A stretch of 64,000 bases of DNA from Gammaproteobacteria bacterium. Lineage in GTDB: Bacteria > Pseudomonadota > Gammaproteobacteria > Thiohalomonadales > Thiohalomonadaceae. The stretch lies in the NCBI GenBank assembly GCA_026196575.1, contig JAPHSX010000038.1, positions 2,860 to 66,859 on the forward strand, given 5' to 3'. The notes beneath the pieces were generated by a model. It saw only the letters and a list, made by a program, of their open reading frames with translations, had not been told where the DNA came from and searched no databases. The position numbers and the translations under genes are program-made. Of this stretch, positions 12,285-21,744 are shown piece after piece. Numbering within the stretch: position 1 is the stretch's first letter; each line of letters begins with the position of its first letter.

Positions 12285-13592
12285 CTACCCCTGCTCGCCG
12301 ACGGTGATGAGCGCCATCCGTTCGGGGTGGATGCGGCGCTGGAAGGCGTCGCGGATCTGTGTCGTGCTGACCGCGTTGACTTGCCCGATGAAGGTGTCGA
12401 GGTAGTCGAGCGGCAGGCCGTAGAAGCCGATCATCGCGATATAGCTGAGGATATCCTTGTTGGAGTCGATGTTCAGGGCGAAGCCGCCGGTGATGTTCTT
12501 TTTCGCGGCCGTGAGTTCGGCGGCACTCGGCCCCTCGGCGATGAACTGCGCGAGGGTGGTGCGCAGCACCTCGAGCGCCTCCTCGCGGCTGTCGTTCTTG
12601 GTCTGCAGGCTGAGCAGATAGGGCCCCTCGGCGGCCATCGGCGAGAAGGCGCTGTAGGCGCTGTAGGAGAGGCCGCGTTTCTCGCGGATCTCGTCGCTAA
12701 TACGCGACACCAGCCCGCCGCCGCCCAGGATGTGGTTGCCCAGGTAGAGGGCGAAGTAGTCGGGGTCGCCTCGGCGCATCCCGGGCTGGCCCAGCAGCAG
12801 GTGGGTCTGGGTGGACTGGTGCGCGATATGCTGACGGCTCGCCGTCGACAGGGGGGCGACGGGCGGCAGCGGTGCGGCGGCCTCGCCAGCGGGCAGGGAG
12901 GCGACCACCTGTTCGGCCAGTGCCTGCGCCTGCTGGCGATCGACCGCGCCGACGATGGCGACCACCGCATTGCGCCCCACATAGTAGCGCCGGTGGAAGG
13001 TTGTCAGCTCGTCACGGCCAAGGGCGAGAACGCTCGGCAGGGTGCCCGAGGGCGGGGTGGCGTAGGGGTGGTCGGCGTAGAGGGCCTCGTAGAAGGCGTT
13101 ACTGGCGATGCTGGCCGGTGACTGGCTCTCGTGGCGCAGCCCCACCACCATCTGCTTGCGCACCCGCTCCAGCGCGGCGGCGGGAAAGCTCGGCTCACGC
13201 AGCAGTTGGGCGAAGGTCTGCACCGCGGGCGCCAGCAGCCGCTCCTCGGTGAGGCTGCGCAGGCTGGCGGTGGCCATGTCGCGCAGTGAGCCGAAGGAGG
13301 CATTGGCCCCCAGGCGGTCGAACTGCTCGGCGATGGCGTTGGCATCGAGGTCGCCGGCCCCCTCCTCCAGCATGGCGTTGGTGAACAGCGCCAGCCCCGG
13401 CGACGCGCCATCGCGGGCGCTACCGGCGTTGAAGGTGACCTGGATGTCGACCATCGGCAGCTCGGGGGCGGCGACGAAGTAGACCTGCGCGCCGTTGCCG
13501 GTCTGCCACTGCTGGATTGCGGGGCCGGCGGCGGCGGGGCTGCTCAGCAGCAGGGCGGCACAGAGGGTGAGGAGTTGTTTAGTGGCCGACAT
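12285..13592 (-). CDS. M16-family peptidase, non-catalytic-type subunit
   Basis: Internal ATG at 13592 (MSATKQLLTLCAALLLSSPAAAG signal). M16 fold blocks are present, but the zinc motif position reads GLALFTNAMLEEG (no HxxEH). Start overlaps the upstream M16 gene by 14 nt. Confidence 0.85.
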   Translation of the reverse strand: MSATKQLLTLCAALLLSSPAAAGPAIQQWQTGNGAQVYFVAAPELPMVDIQVTFNAGSARDGASPGLALFTNAMLEEGAGDLDANAIAEQFDRLGANASFGSLRDMATASLRSLTEERLLAPAVQTFAQLLREPSFPAAALERVRKQMVVGLRHESQSPASIASNAFYEALYADHPYATPPSGTLPSVLALGRDELTTFHRRYYVGRNAVVAIVGAVDRQQAQALAEQVVASLPAGEAAAPLPPVAPLSTASRQHIAHQSTQTHLLLGQPGMRRGDPDYFALYLGNHILGGGGLVSRISDEIREKRGLSYSAYSAFSPMAAEGPYLLSLQTKNDSREEALEVLRTTLAQFIAEGPSAAELTAAKKNITGGFALNIDSNKDILSYIAMIGFYGLPLDYLDTFIGQVNAVSTTQIRDAFQRRIHPERMALITVGEQG

Positions 13593-15027
13593 GCTGGCCT
13601 CCCTTTTGTGGTTGACCGTTGAGTGGCAGTGGTTCAAGGATGGCGACGGTAAGGTTGTCGGCGGTGAGGTAGTCGCGGGCCACCTGCTGCACCTGCGCGG
13701 GGGTGATGGCGTTGATGCGTTCGGCATAGCGCTCCGCCTCCTGCCACTCCAGTCCCACCGTCTCCAGCTGGCCGATCTGCATCGCCTGGTAGAAGACCGA
13801 GTCGAGCTCGTAGACCTTGCTGGCCGTCACCTGTGCCTTGATGCGTGAGAGCTCCTCCGCGCTTACCGGCTCGCGGTGCAGGCGGGACACCTGCTCACGC
13901 AGCGCCTGCTCCACGCGGGCCACCTCCTGCCCCTGTGCCGGTGTCGCCTCCAGGGTGAGCAGGCTGTCGTGACGGGCGGTGAGGTCATAGCCGGCGCCGG
14001 CGCTGGCGGCGAGCCCCTGGCCGCGCACCAGCTCACGACTGATGCGGGCGCTGTCGCCGCCATCCAGGATAGTGGCCAGCACCTCCAGGGCGTAGGCCTT
14101 CCACGGCTCATCGACGGTGCGCAGCACCGGGGTGCGGTAGCCCAGAATCACCACCGGCACCTCGGCCGGGACGCGTACCACCACCCGCCGCTCACCCTGT
14201 TGGGGGGGTTCACGGCGCGGCTTCTGCGCGGGCAGGGTGCTCGGCGGGATGCGGCCGAAGTGCTGCTGCGCCAGCTGGCGCACCGCCTGCGGCTCGACAT
14301 CGCCCACCACTACCAGGGTGGCGTTATTGGGGGAGTACCAGGTCTGGTACCAGTGGCTCAGGTCCCCCAGGGTTAGACTCTTCAGGTCATCCATCCAGCC
14401 GATCACCGGGTTGTGGTAGGGGTTGACCTGGAAGGCGGTGGCCATGAACTTCTCATAGGTGAGGGCGCTCGGCTTGTCCTCGGTACGCAGGCGGCGCTCC
14501 TCCACCACCACGTCACGCTCCTTCTGGAACTCCTCCTCCTGCAGGTGCAGGTTGCGCATGCGGTCGGCCTCCAGCTCGAAGGCGATGGCCAGGCGACTCA
14601 CCTCCAGCTGCTGGAAGTAGGAGGTGTAGTCGCGGCCGGTAAAGGCGTTCTCGCGCCCGCCGTTCTCGGCAATGATGCGCGAGAACTCGCCGGGTGGGTG
14701 TTTGTCGGTACCCTTGAACATCATGTGTTCCAGCAGGTGGGAGACGCCGGTGATGCCGATATGCTCGTAGCTTGCCCCCACCTTGTACCAAATCTGCGAG
14801 ACCACCACCGGGGCGCGGTGATCCTCCTTGACGATAAGCTTCATGCCGTTGGCCAGCATGAACTCGTGTACCGCGTGGTTGCTGGCGGTATCGCCTACGG
14901 TGGTGGTGACCCGGTGGTCCTCGACCGGCGCTTCGGTGTTAAGCGGGACGCCGCCGCAGGCGTGCAGCCCCAGCAGGATGGTGCCCAGCAGTGCCGCACG
15001 CAGCAAGACGGTGGTGCTTGTCGACAT
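13579..15027 (-). CDS. M16-family zinc peptidase (pitrilysin/PqqL-like), catalytic-type subunit
   Basis: Internal ATG at 15027 gives a lipoprotein-like signal (LLGLHAC). HxxEH zinc motif present (GVSHLLEHMMFKG). Confidence 0.85.
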   Translation of the reverse strand: MSTSTTVLLRAALLGTILLGLHACGGVPLNTEAPVEDHRVTTTVGDTASNHAVHEFMLANGMKLIVKEDHRAPVVVSQIWYKVGASYEHIGITGVSHLLEHMMFKGTDKHPPGEFSRIIAENGGRENAFTGRDYTSYFQQLEVSRLAIAFELEADRMRNLHLQEEEFQKERDVVVEERRLRTEDKPSALTYEKFMATAFQVNPYHNPVIGWMDDLKSLTLGDLSHWYQTWYSPNNATLVVVGDVEPQAVRQLAQQHFGRIPPSTLPAQKPRREPPQQGERRVVVRVPAEVPVVILGYRTPVLRTVDEPWKAYALEVLATILDGGDSARISRELVRGQGLAASAGAGYDLTARHDSLLTLEATPAQGQEVARVEQALREQVSRLHREPVSAEELSRIKAQVTASKVYELDSVFYQAMQIGQLETVGLEWQEAERYAERINAITPAQVQQVARDYLTADNLTVAILEPLPLNGQPQKGGQHVGH

Positions 15028-15213
15028 AGTGATACCTTGTATTATTTTGCGTTGGCTTCGGCGCGTTTCGCCCCTGGGGGTGAGATGATACGATACCGCC
15101 ATCAGGCACCCAAGCTGAATGGGCCGGTTGGGCCAGTTGCTCATCTCACTGTGCAGAGACAGCGGCCCCGGTGCAAGGTTCAATCGCATCCCAAGACGAG
15201 TAGCAGAGACAAT

Positions 15214-16281
15214 ATGTTCGGTTTCGGCAAGAGAAAGAAGGCAAAAGAGGAGCAGACGGAGCAGCTGCCGCGGAGCCCCGCGCCGGAGGGTGCGCCGCAG
15301 GCGGAACAGCCCGCAGCCCCTCTGCCCGAGCCGGTGGCACCGGTACCGGAACCGGCAACGAAGCCGGGACTCTTCGCCCGCCTGAAGAGTGGCCTGAGCC
15401 GCACCCGCGGTACCCTCACCGAGGGAATTGGCGCGTTGCTGCTGGGCACGCGGCAGATCGACGCGGCGCTGCTGGAGGAGATCGAGACCCAGCTACTGGT
15501 GGCCGACATGGGGGTCGAGGCGACCCAGGCGATCATCGCCGACCTGACCCGACGCGTCTCGCGCAGGCAGCTGGCCGACAGCGCGGCGCTGCTGGCCGCG
15601 CTGCGCGAGGAGATGGCGATGATGCTGCAGCCGGTGAGTGTGCCGCTGCAGATTGGTACGGAGCACCAACCCTTTGTCATCCTGGTGGTCGGCATCAATG
15701 GCGCCGGCAAGACCACCACCATCGGCAAGCTGGCGCGGCGGCTGCAAAATGAGGGCAAGTCGGTGCTGCTGGCGGCGGGGGACACCTTCCGTGCCGCCGC
15801 GGTGGAGCAGCTGCAGGTGTGGGGTGAGCGCAACGCCATCCCGGTGATCGCCCAGGGCAGCGGCGCCGACTCCGCCTCGGTGATCTTCGATGCGGTGCAG
15901 GCGGCGAAGGCCCGTCATATCGATGTGGTGATCGCCGACACCGCCGGGCGGCTGCACACCCAGGCCAATCTGATGGAGGAGTTGAAGAAGGTCAGGCGGG
16001 TGATTGGCAAGCTCGATGCGAGCGCCCCCCACGAAGTGCTGCTGGTGCTCGATGCGGGCACCGGCCAGAACGCCCTGAATCAGGCACAGCAGTTTCACCA
16101 GGCGGTGGCGGTGACGGGCATCGCCCTGACCAAACTTGACGGCACCGCCAAGGGCGGCATCATCTTCGCCATCGCCCGCAAGATGGGGCTGCCGATCCGC
16201 TTTATCGGTGTTGGCGAGGGTATCGAGGATCTGCGTGTCTTCGATGCCACTGAGTTTATCGCGGCGCTCTTCGAGCAGTAG
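15214..16281 (+). CDS. ftsY: Signal recognition particle receptor FtsY
   Basis: ATG at 15214 is in frame with ORF 14413..16281. Acidic/Pro-rich N-terminus, then the NG domain: [30 protein letters not shown]. Confidence 0.95.
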   Translation: MFGFGKRKKAKEEQTEQLPRSPAPEGAPQAEQPAAPLPEPVAPVPEPATKPGLFARLKSGLSRTRGTLTEGIGALLLGTRQIDAALLEEIETQLLVADMGVEATQAIIADLTRRVSRRQLADSAALLAALREEMAMMLQPVSVPLQIGTEHQPFVILVVGINGAGKTTTIGKLARRLQNEGKSVLLAAGDTFRAAAVEQLQVWGERNAIPVIAQGSGADSASVIFDAVQAAKARHIDVVIADTAGRLHTQANLMEELKKVRRVIGKLDASAPHEVLLVLDAGTGQNALNQAQQFHQAVAVTGIALTKLDGTAKGGIIFAIARKMGLPIRFIGVGEGIEDLRVFDATEFIAALFEQ

Positions 16282-16282
16282 C

Positions 16283-16948
16283 ATGATTCGCTTTACCGAC
16301 GTCAGCAAACGCTATCCGGGCGGCTACGAGGCGCTCTCTAACCTCAGCTTTCATCTTGCCCAGGGCGAGATGGCCTTTCTTACCGGTCACTCCGGCGCCG
16401 GTAAATCGACCCTGCTCAAGCTCATCGCCCTCATTGAACGTCCCAGTGGCGGCCAGGTGGTGGTGCACGGGCAGAATCTGGCCAAGGTGAGCCGCCGCCG
16501 CATCCCCTTTCACCGCCGCAATATCGGCATCATCTTTCAGGACCATCGCCTGCTGTTCGATCGCACCGTGTTCGACAACGTCGCCCTGCCGCTGGTGATC
16601 GCCGGCTACAGCCGCGAGGAGACCGGGCGGCGGGTGCGCGCCGCCCTCGACAAGGTCGGCCTGTTGAGCAAGGAGAAGCTCTACCCCATCACCCTCTCCG
16701 GCGGGGAGCAGCAGCGGGTCGGCATCGCCCGCGCGGTGATCAACAAGCCGGCACTGCTGCTGGCCGATGAGCCCACCGGCAACCTCGACCCCGAGCTGTC
16801 GCGCGAAATCATGGGGATCTTCGAGCAGTTCAACCGGGTCGGGGTCACCGTCCTCATCGCCAGCCATGACATGGCGCTGATCGAGCAGATGCCCCACCGC
16901 ATGTTGCGCCTGGAGCAGGGGCGTCTGGTGCTGGGTGGCGAGGAGTGA
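16283..16948 (+). CDS. ftsE: Cell-division ABC ATPase FtsE
   Basis: [11 protein letters not shown]...; Walker [13 protein letters not shown], signature LSGGEQQRV, Walker [10 protein letters not shown]. Starts 1 nt after the ftsY stop. Confidence 0.95.
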   Translation: MIRFTDVSKRYPGGYEALSNLSFHLAQGEMAFLTGHSGAGKSTLLKLIALIERPSGGQVVVHGQNLAKVSRRRIPFHRRNIGIIFQDHRLLFDRTVFDNVALPLVIAGYSREETGRRVRAALDKVGLLSKEKLYPITLSGGEQQRVGIARAVINKPALLLADEPTGNLDPELSREIMGIFEQFNRVGVTVLIASHDMALIEQMPHRMLRLEQGRLVLGGEE

Positions 16949-17946
16949 TCGGGCATAACCGTACCGTGCGCGAACAGCACGAGGGCGGCGGCCGCGGCGC
17001 CAGCGTGCGGCGTCGCGGGGCCAGCGGCGGGCCCGGCAACTATCTGGCGCGCCATCTGCAGACCTTCTTCTATGCCCTGGGGCAGCTGAGCCTTAAACCC
17101 TTCTCCACCCTGATGATGGTGGCGGTGATCGGTATTGCCCTGGCGATGCCGGCCGGGCTGCATGTGCTGTTGAGGAATGTGCAACAGGTGTTGGGCGGTT
17201 GGGACAGTGCGGCCCAACTGTCGCTGTTTCTCCACCACCAGACCGGCGAGGCCGAGGCGCTGGCGCTCGCCGCACAACTGCGCCAGCGCCAGGGTATCGG
17301 TTCGGTGGAGTACATCTCCAGCATGCAGGCGATGGCGGAGTTTCAGCGCCACTCCGGCTTTGGCGAGGCGCTGAGCGCGCTGGAGGAGAACCCGCTGCCG
17401 CCGGTGTTGGTGGTCTACCCCGCCATCGAATTGCAGGGGCCGGAGCTGCTGGCGCAGCTGCGCCAGGAGCTCTCCGCCGAGCAGGCGGTGGAGATCGCCC
17501 AGCTCGACATGCAGTGGGTGAAGCGCCTCTACGCCTTGATGGATATCGGCCAGCGCGGGGTGTGGGTGCTGGCGGCGATGTTCGCCCTGGGGGTGCTGCT
17601 GGTGGTGGGCAACACCATCCGTCTGGCGATCCAGAACCGGCGTGACGAGATCATCATTATCAAGCTGATTGGCGGCACCGACGCCTTTATCCGTCGCCCC
17701 TTCCTCTATACCGGCTTCTGGTATGGCCTGCTCGGTGGCGTGGTCGCCCTCATCCTGATTGAGTTGGCGCTGTGGCTGCTGAGCGGACCGGTGAACCAGC
17801 TGGCGCTGCTCTACAGCAGCGAGTTCCGCCTGGCGAGGAGCGACCTGCTCACTGCCGCCAGCCTGCTGGGGGGCGGCCTGTTGCTGGGGTTGTGCGGCTC
17901 CTGGCTGGCGGTGGGACGGCATTTGCGCGCCATCGAACCGACCTGA
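16945..17946 (+). CDS. ftsX: Cell-division permease-like protein FtsX
   Basis: ATGA overlap with ftsE. One TM, a periplasmic domain, then three C-terminal TM segments (FtsX topology). Confidence 0.9.
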   Translation: MIGHNRTVREQHEGGGRGASVRRRGASGGPGNYLARHLQTFFYALGQLSLKPFSTLMMVAVIGIALAMPAGLHVLLRNVQQVLGGWDSAAQLSLFLHHQTGEAEALALAAQLRQRQGIGSVEYISSMQAMAEFQRHSGFGEALSALEENPLPPVLVVYPAIELQGPELLAQLRQELSAEQAVEIAQLDMQWVKRLYALMDIGQRGVWVLAAMFALGVLLVVGNTIRLAIQNRRDEIIIIKLIGGTDAFIRRPFLYTGFWYGLLGGVVALILIELALWLLSGPVNQLALLYSSEFRLARSDLLTAASLLGGGLLLGLCGSWLAVGRHLRAIEPT

Positions 17947-18067
17947 TTTCTACTGCCACCGGTCGGCGAAAAGCGACCGTTCAGAAATGGCGTATCGACA
18001 AGAGTGCGACGGTTGCGGCCAAATAGGCCATGGCAGAAAGAGCGCAATAGAGAACTGGTGGGGGCGG

Positions 18068-19417
18068 ATGATGACGCAAAACCGCATTATGGTGGTGGAC
18101 AGTTCCGCCGTGTCGCGCGAGATCGTGGCGCGCATCCTGCGCAACACCATCGAGGGGGCGCAGGTGATCACCTGCGCCAGCGGCGCCGAGGCGCTGGCCG
18201 CCCTGGCGGAGGGTCAATACAGTCTGGTGACCACCTCGCTGAGGCTCTCCGATATGGATGGGCTGGATCTCTGCCGGCATCTGCGCTCCAGCCGAAAACA
18301 GCACTACACCCCGGTCATCGTGATCTCCGGCGATGCCGATCAGCGCCTGCTCAAGGCCGGTTTTTCGGCCGGGGTTACCGACTACTTCGACAAGTCGCTG
18401 GGCTACCCGGCCTTTGGCAAATTCATCAAGACCTTCTGTCAGCGCAACCATGGCCTGGTGGGACGCGTGCTCTATATCGAGGACAGTAGAACCGCGGCCA
18501 CCATGACCATGCGCATTTTGCAGAAGCACGGTCTGCAGGTCTGCCATGTGCTGAGCGCCGAGGAGGGGCTGGAGCGGTTGCAACGGATGCGCGCCGGGGA
18601 GGGGGAGTCATTTGATATAGTGGTTACCGACCTCTACCTGCAGAGCGAGATGACGGGCGGCGATCTGTTGCAGGCGCTGCGCAACCGTTTGCACTACTCG
18701 CAGCAGGAGCTGCCGGTGTTGATGATCACCGGCAATGACGACATCCGCACCCAGGTCGAGGCGTTTCATGCCGGGGCCAATGACTTTGTCACCAAGCCGT
18801 TGATCGAAGAGGTGCTGATGGCGCGCATGCGCTCGTTGCTGATGATTAAGCATCAGTATGACGCACTGGAGCGCCAGGCACAGAATATGGAGCAGGTTGC
18901 CAGCACCGACAGCCTCACCGGGGTGCGTAATCGCCACTACCTGCTGGAGAATGGCGAGCGGCTGCTGCAGAAGGCCGCCGGCAAGGGTTTCTGGGCGATG
19001 ATTGTCGACATTGATTTTTTCAAGAAGATCAACGACAACCTGGGCCATCTTACCGGCGATCATGTACTGGCGGCGATGGGGGGGCTGCTCAACCGGCAGT
19101 TTCCCGATGCCATGGTGGTGCGTTTCGGCGGCGAGGAGTTTGCGCTGTTGCTCTCCGGTAGCGGCCGTGAGGAGGTGGTGCAACGCGGCGAGACGCTGCG
19201 CGCCGCCACCGAGGCGCTACAGCCAGAGGGGGTTAAGGTCACCGTCAGTATCGGCATCGCCGGGGTGGAGGATCACCCAGGGGTTGACCTTAACGCCCTG
19301 ATCGGTCTTGCCGACAAGGCGCTGTATGCCGCCAAGGAGGGGGGGCGTAATCAGGTACGCCTCACCCTGGGTAACGACGCTATCCACCCCGCTATCACGG
19401 CCACTGCCTCCGTCTGA
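18068..19417 (+). CDS. Response-regulator diguanylate cyclase (REC-REC-GGDEF, PleD-like architecture)
   Basis: In-frame ATG at 18068 (MMTQNRIMVVDSS...). Two receiver domains (..LRLSDMDG.., ..VVTDLYLQ..) and GGDEF (RFGGEEFALLL). Confidence 0.9.
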   Translation: MMTQNRIMVVDSSAVSREIVARILRNTIEGAQVITCASGAEALAALAEGQYSLVTTSLRLSDMDGLDLCRHLRSSRKQHYTPVIVISGDADQRLLKAGFSAGVTDYFDKSLGYPAFGKFIKTFCQRNHGLVGRVLYIEDSRTAATMTMRILQKHGLQVCHVLSAEEGLERLQRMRAGEGESFDIVVTDLYLQSEMTGGDLLQALRNRLHYSQQELPVLMITGNDDIRTQVEAFHAGANDFVTKPLIEEVLMARMRSLLMIKHQYDALERQAQNMEQVASTDSLTGVRNRHYLLENGERLLQKAAGKGFWAMIVDIDFFKKINDNLGHLTGDHVLAAMGGLLNRQFPDAMVVRFGGEEFALLLSGSGREEVVQRGETLRAATEALQPEGVKVTVSIGIAGVEDHPGVDLNALIGLADKALYAAKEGGRNQVRLTLGNDAIHPAITATASV

Positions 19418-19490
19418 TCCGCGCCCGCCAGCCAACTCCCCTCAACCCCCTAAACCCGACAGCCTCCCCGTGGTGCAGGGGAAAAAGTAG

Positions 19491-19518
19491 TTGAAAATTA
19501 ATAACCGAGTGTTATAGT
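19491..19518 (+). promoter_or_regulatory. Candidate sigma70-type promoter of rpoH
   Basis: TTGAAA (19491-19496), 16-nt spacer, TATAGT (19513-19518), about 58 nt upstream of the rpoH ATG in an AT-rich patch. Confidence 0.4.
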
Positions 19519-19575
19519 TGGTAATCATTCTGATGACAAAACTCAGTTATTACGGCGCGGAAAGAGGAGTTGTTT

Positions 19576-20430
19576 ATGTCCAAGGCGATGGAAATACCGA
19601 TGACTTTCCCGGTTAGCAGTATCGAGGCCTATGCCCAGGCGGTTAACCAGATCCCGATCCTGACCAGGGAGGAGGAGCAGAAGCTGGCCATTGCCTATCG
19701 TGACCAGGATGATATGGAGTCCGCCAGTCGCCTGGTGCTGTCGCACCTGCGCTTCGTCGCCCACATCGCCCGCGGTTACAGCGGTTACGGCCTGCCGCAC
19801 GCCGATCTCATCCAGGAGGGGAATATCGGCCTGATGAAGGCGGTGCGCCGTTTTGACCCGACCATGAACGTGCGCCTGGTCTCCTTCGCGGTGCACTGGA
19901 TTCGCGCCGAGATCCACGAATTCATCCTGCGCAATTGGCGCATCGTCAAGGTCGCCACCACCAAGGCGCAGCGTAAACTCTTCTTCAACCTGCGTAGCTC
20001 GAAGAAGCGCCTCGGCTGGTTCTCCCACCAGGAGGTCGAGGCGGTGGCCAAAGACCTCGGGGTGAGCAGCAAGGATGTGCTGGAGATGGAGTCGCGCCTC
20101 AGCGGCCGGGACATGGCCTTCGATGGCGCCCCCGATAGCGACGAGGACGACCATGACTACACCCCGGCCGCCTACCTGCAGGATGAGCGCTTCGAGCCCT
20201 CGGCCGAACTGGAGCGGCGTGACACCGAAGAGCAGAATCACCAGCAGTTGCACCAGGCGCTGAATGGCCTGGATGAGCGCAGCCGCGACATCGTCGCCTC
20301 CCGCTGGCTTACCGATGACAAGGTGACCCTGCAGGCACTGGCCGACAAGTACAGCGTCTCCGCCGAGCGTATCCGCCAGCTGGAGAAGAACGCGATGAAG
20401 AAACTTCAGGTGGTGCTGGCGGTGCCCTGA
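19576..20430 (+). CDS. rpoH: RNA polymerase heat-shock sigma factor RpoH (sigma-32)
   Basis: GAGGAG 6 nt before ATG 19576 (the track starts at TTG 19570). The RpoH box QRKLFFNLR is present; regions 2 and 4 are readable. Confidence 0.95.
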   Translation: MSKAMEIPMTFPVSSIEAYAQAVNQIPILTREEEQKLAIAYRDQDDMESASRLVLSHLRFVAHIARGYSGYGLPHADLIQEGNIGLMKAVRRFDPTMNVRLVSFAVHWIRAEIHEFILRNWRIVKVATTKAQRKLFFNLRSSKKRLGWFSHQEVEAVAKDLGVSSKDVLEMESRLSGRDMAFDGAPDSDEDDHDYTPAAYLQDERFEPSAELERRDTEEQNHQQLHQALNGLDERSRDIVASRWLTDDKVTLQALADKYSVSAERIRQLEKNAMKKLQVVLAVP

Positions 20431-20735
20431 GGCGAAAAATCGCTAACTGTCAGCTCAAGTCTGAATTGCTACACGTCAAGAAGCCGTTAAGGCATACGGC
20501 GTCTGTGTGAGATGACACTTAACCTCACTTAACCCCCCCTTCACCGCCGATAGCGGCTAATACTCATTTCGACCCAACTCGGTCCATGTGCTTCTGCCAG
20601 GCCGCAAACCCTTGGGCACCATTTGGGCGCACACAGTTTTTACGCAAAGAGTGGGCGCGGCGGCTGATCTCGGTGAGTGCTAGCCGTGTACAGGGGAAAG
20701 GGTGAGTGTTGGCCTATGAGGCCGGTGATTTGATG

Positions 20736-20760
20736 AAAAAGCCGTTCAAAAAACGACTTT
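20736..20760 (-). terminator. Intrinsic terminator downstream of tRNA-Arg
   Basis: Minus strand: AAAGTCGTT-TTTTG-AACGGCTTT followed by TT. A 9-bp stem (one G-U) lies 14 nt after the tRNA 3' end. Confidence 0.45.
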
Positions 20761-20773
20761 AAAATCAAGAAGT

Positions 20774-20850
20774 TGGCGCGCCCGAGAGGATTCGAACCTC
20801 TGACCCTCGGCGTCGGAAGCCGATACTCTATCCAGCTGAGCTACGGGCGC
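20774..20850 (-). tRNA. tRNA-Arg (anticodon CCG)
   Basis: Minus-strand cloverleaf read by hand: GCGCCCG-TA-GCTC-AGCTGGATA-GAGT-A-TCGGC-TTCCGAC-GCCGA-GGGTC-AGAGG-TTCGAAT-CCTCT-CGGGCGC-G-CCA. Confidence 0.95.
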
Positions 20851-20911
20851 AGAATAACAATTTTACACCATTTGACCACTAGCCGCTGTGCCCATTTTTC
20901 CTGTGAGTACT

Positions 20912-20953
20912 GGCGTCGGAAGCCGGTACCCTATCCAGCTGAGCTACGGGTGC
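20912..20953 (-). pseudogene. Truncated duplicate of tRNA-Arg(CCG): 5' half only (positions about 1-42)
   Basis: GCACCCGTAGCTCAGCTGGATAGGGTACCGGCTTCCGACGCC matches the acceptor 5' strand, D arm and anticodon stem-loop of the neighbouring tRNA with a few substitutions. It then diverges, with no T arm or 3' acceptor strand. Confidence 0.8.
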
Positions 20954-21035
20954 GGGAGAGGGGTGGGATTCTAGCATATGGGCTATTCTCAACTCTATGA
21001 ATTCGTGTTCATGGGCCGAAAAGGGTGAGTGTCGT

Positions 21036-21191
21036 ATGAAGATGACTCTTGCGCTATATACTTACTGCCTCATGCTGCCGTCGTGTTGCGGGCTGGGGTG
21101 GGGATGGCGGTGGTGTCGCGTTGGCGCCAGTGGGTGCGATGTGGAATTTCTGGTACCTGTTTTTTTTCAGATAGTTGGGGGTTCGAGGTGA
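21036..21191 (+). CDS. Possible small Cys/Trp-rich upstream ORF (51 codons)
   Basis: GGTGAG about 6 nt before ATG 21036. MKMTLALYTYCLMLPSCCGLGWGWRWCRVGASGCDVEFLVPVFFQIVGGSR*. Its TGA overlaps the GTG at 21188 of the cytochrome gene (GTGA). No homologue recognised. Confidence 0.25.
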   Translation: MKMTLALYTYCLMLPSCCGLGWGWRWCRVGASGCDVEFLVPVFFQIVGGSR

Positions 21192-21682
21192 GCAAGAAGA
21201 CGAGTATGGAATGGGGTTTTACCGTAGGTGCTGTCATCGTTGGCGTGGCGCTGGTGCTGATCATTAATTCGCTGGTGGACGGTGCGCTCAGGGATGGCCC
21301 TGCCGATATGAGCGATGAGGCTGTGGCCGCGCGCATTGCGCCTGTCGCCCGTCTCAATACTGGCGGTGCGGTTGTTGCGGTCGAGGCACCGGCTGCTCCC
21401 GAGAGGGCCGGCGAGGCCCCAGCGGCTGCCGCCAGTGCGGGGCGCTCGGGTGAGAAGGTCTATGGCGCCAGCTGTTCGATGTGTCATGCCACGGGCGCCT
21501 CTGGTGCCCCCCGTCTGGGCAATAGTGCCGAGTGGGCGCCGCGCATCGCCAAGGGGATGGATGCCCTGATGGGCAGTGCTTTAAATGGTCTGAATGCGAT
21601 GCCGCCACGTGGTCTCTGCGCCACCTGCTCCGATGAGGAGCTGCGGGCCACGATTCAGTATATGGTCGATAACAGCAACTAA
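21188..21682 (+). CDS. Membrane-anchored cytochrome c5-type monohaem cytochrome
   Basis: Start GTG 21188 or ATG 21206, both in frame with ORF 21029..21682. N-terminal TM helix, Ala/Pro linker, then CSMCHATG haem site and the c5-like block EWAPRIAKGMDAL...MPPRG.C..CSDEEL...IQYMV. Confidence 0.8.
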   Translation: MSKKTSMEWGFTVGAVIVGVALVLIINSLVDGALRDGPADMSDEAVAARIAPVARLNTGGAVVAVEAPAAPERAGEAPAAAASAGRSGEKVYGASCSMCHATGASGAPRLGNSAEWAPRIAKGMDALMGSALNGLNAMPPRGLCATCSDEELRATIQYMVDNSN

Positions 21683-21744
21683 CCTTCACCGTTGTGGCCG
21701 CAAAAAGGGCGCCGATGATGCCCTTTTGGTTTTTTGCGGAACCT

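Noticed and set aside
14413-15213. Upstream 267-codon extension of the ftsY ORF.
   Set aside because: It overlaps the M16 peptidase gene on the other strand. The extension has no FtsY-like sequence. The ATG at 15214 gives the normal acidic N-terminus ([14 protein letters not shown]...).
20773-21000. 75-aa plus-strand ORF.
   Set aside because: It simply reads through the reverse complement of tRNA-Arg and its truncated copy.
20697-21035. Repeated 12-13-mer AAGGGTGAGTGT on both sides of the tRNA-Arg locus (near 20700 and 21020).
   Set aside because: Exact 12-mers are expected to recur by chance many times in 64 kb. The flanks do not extend the similarity.
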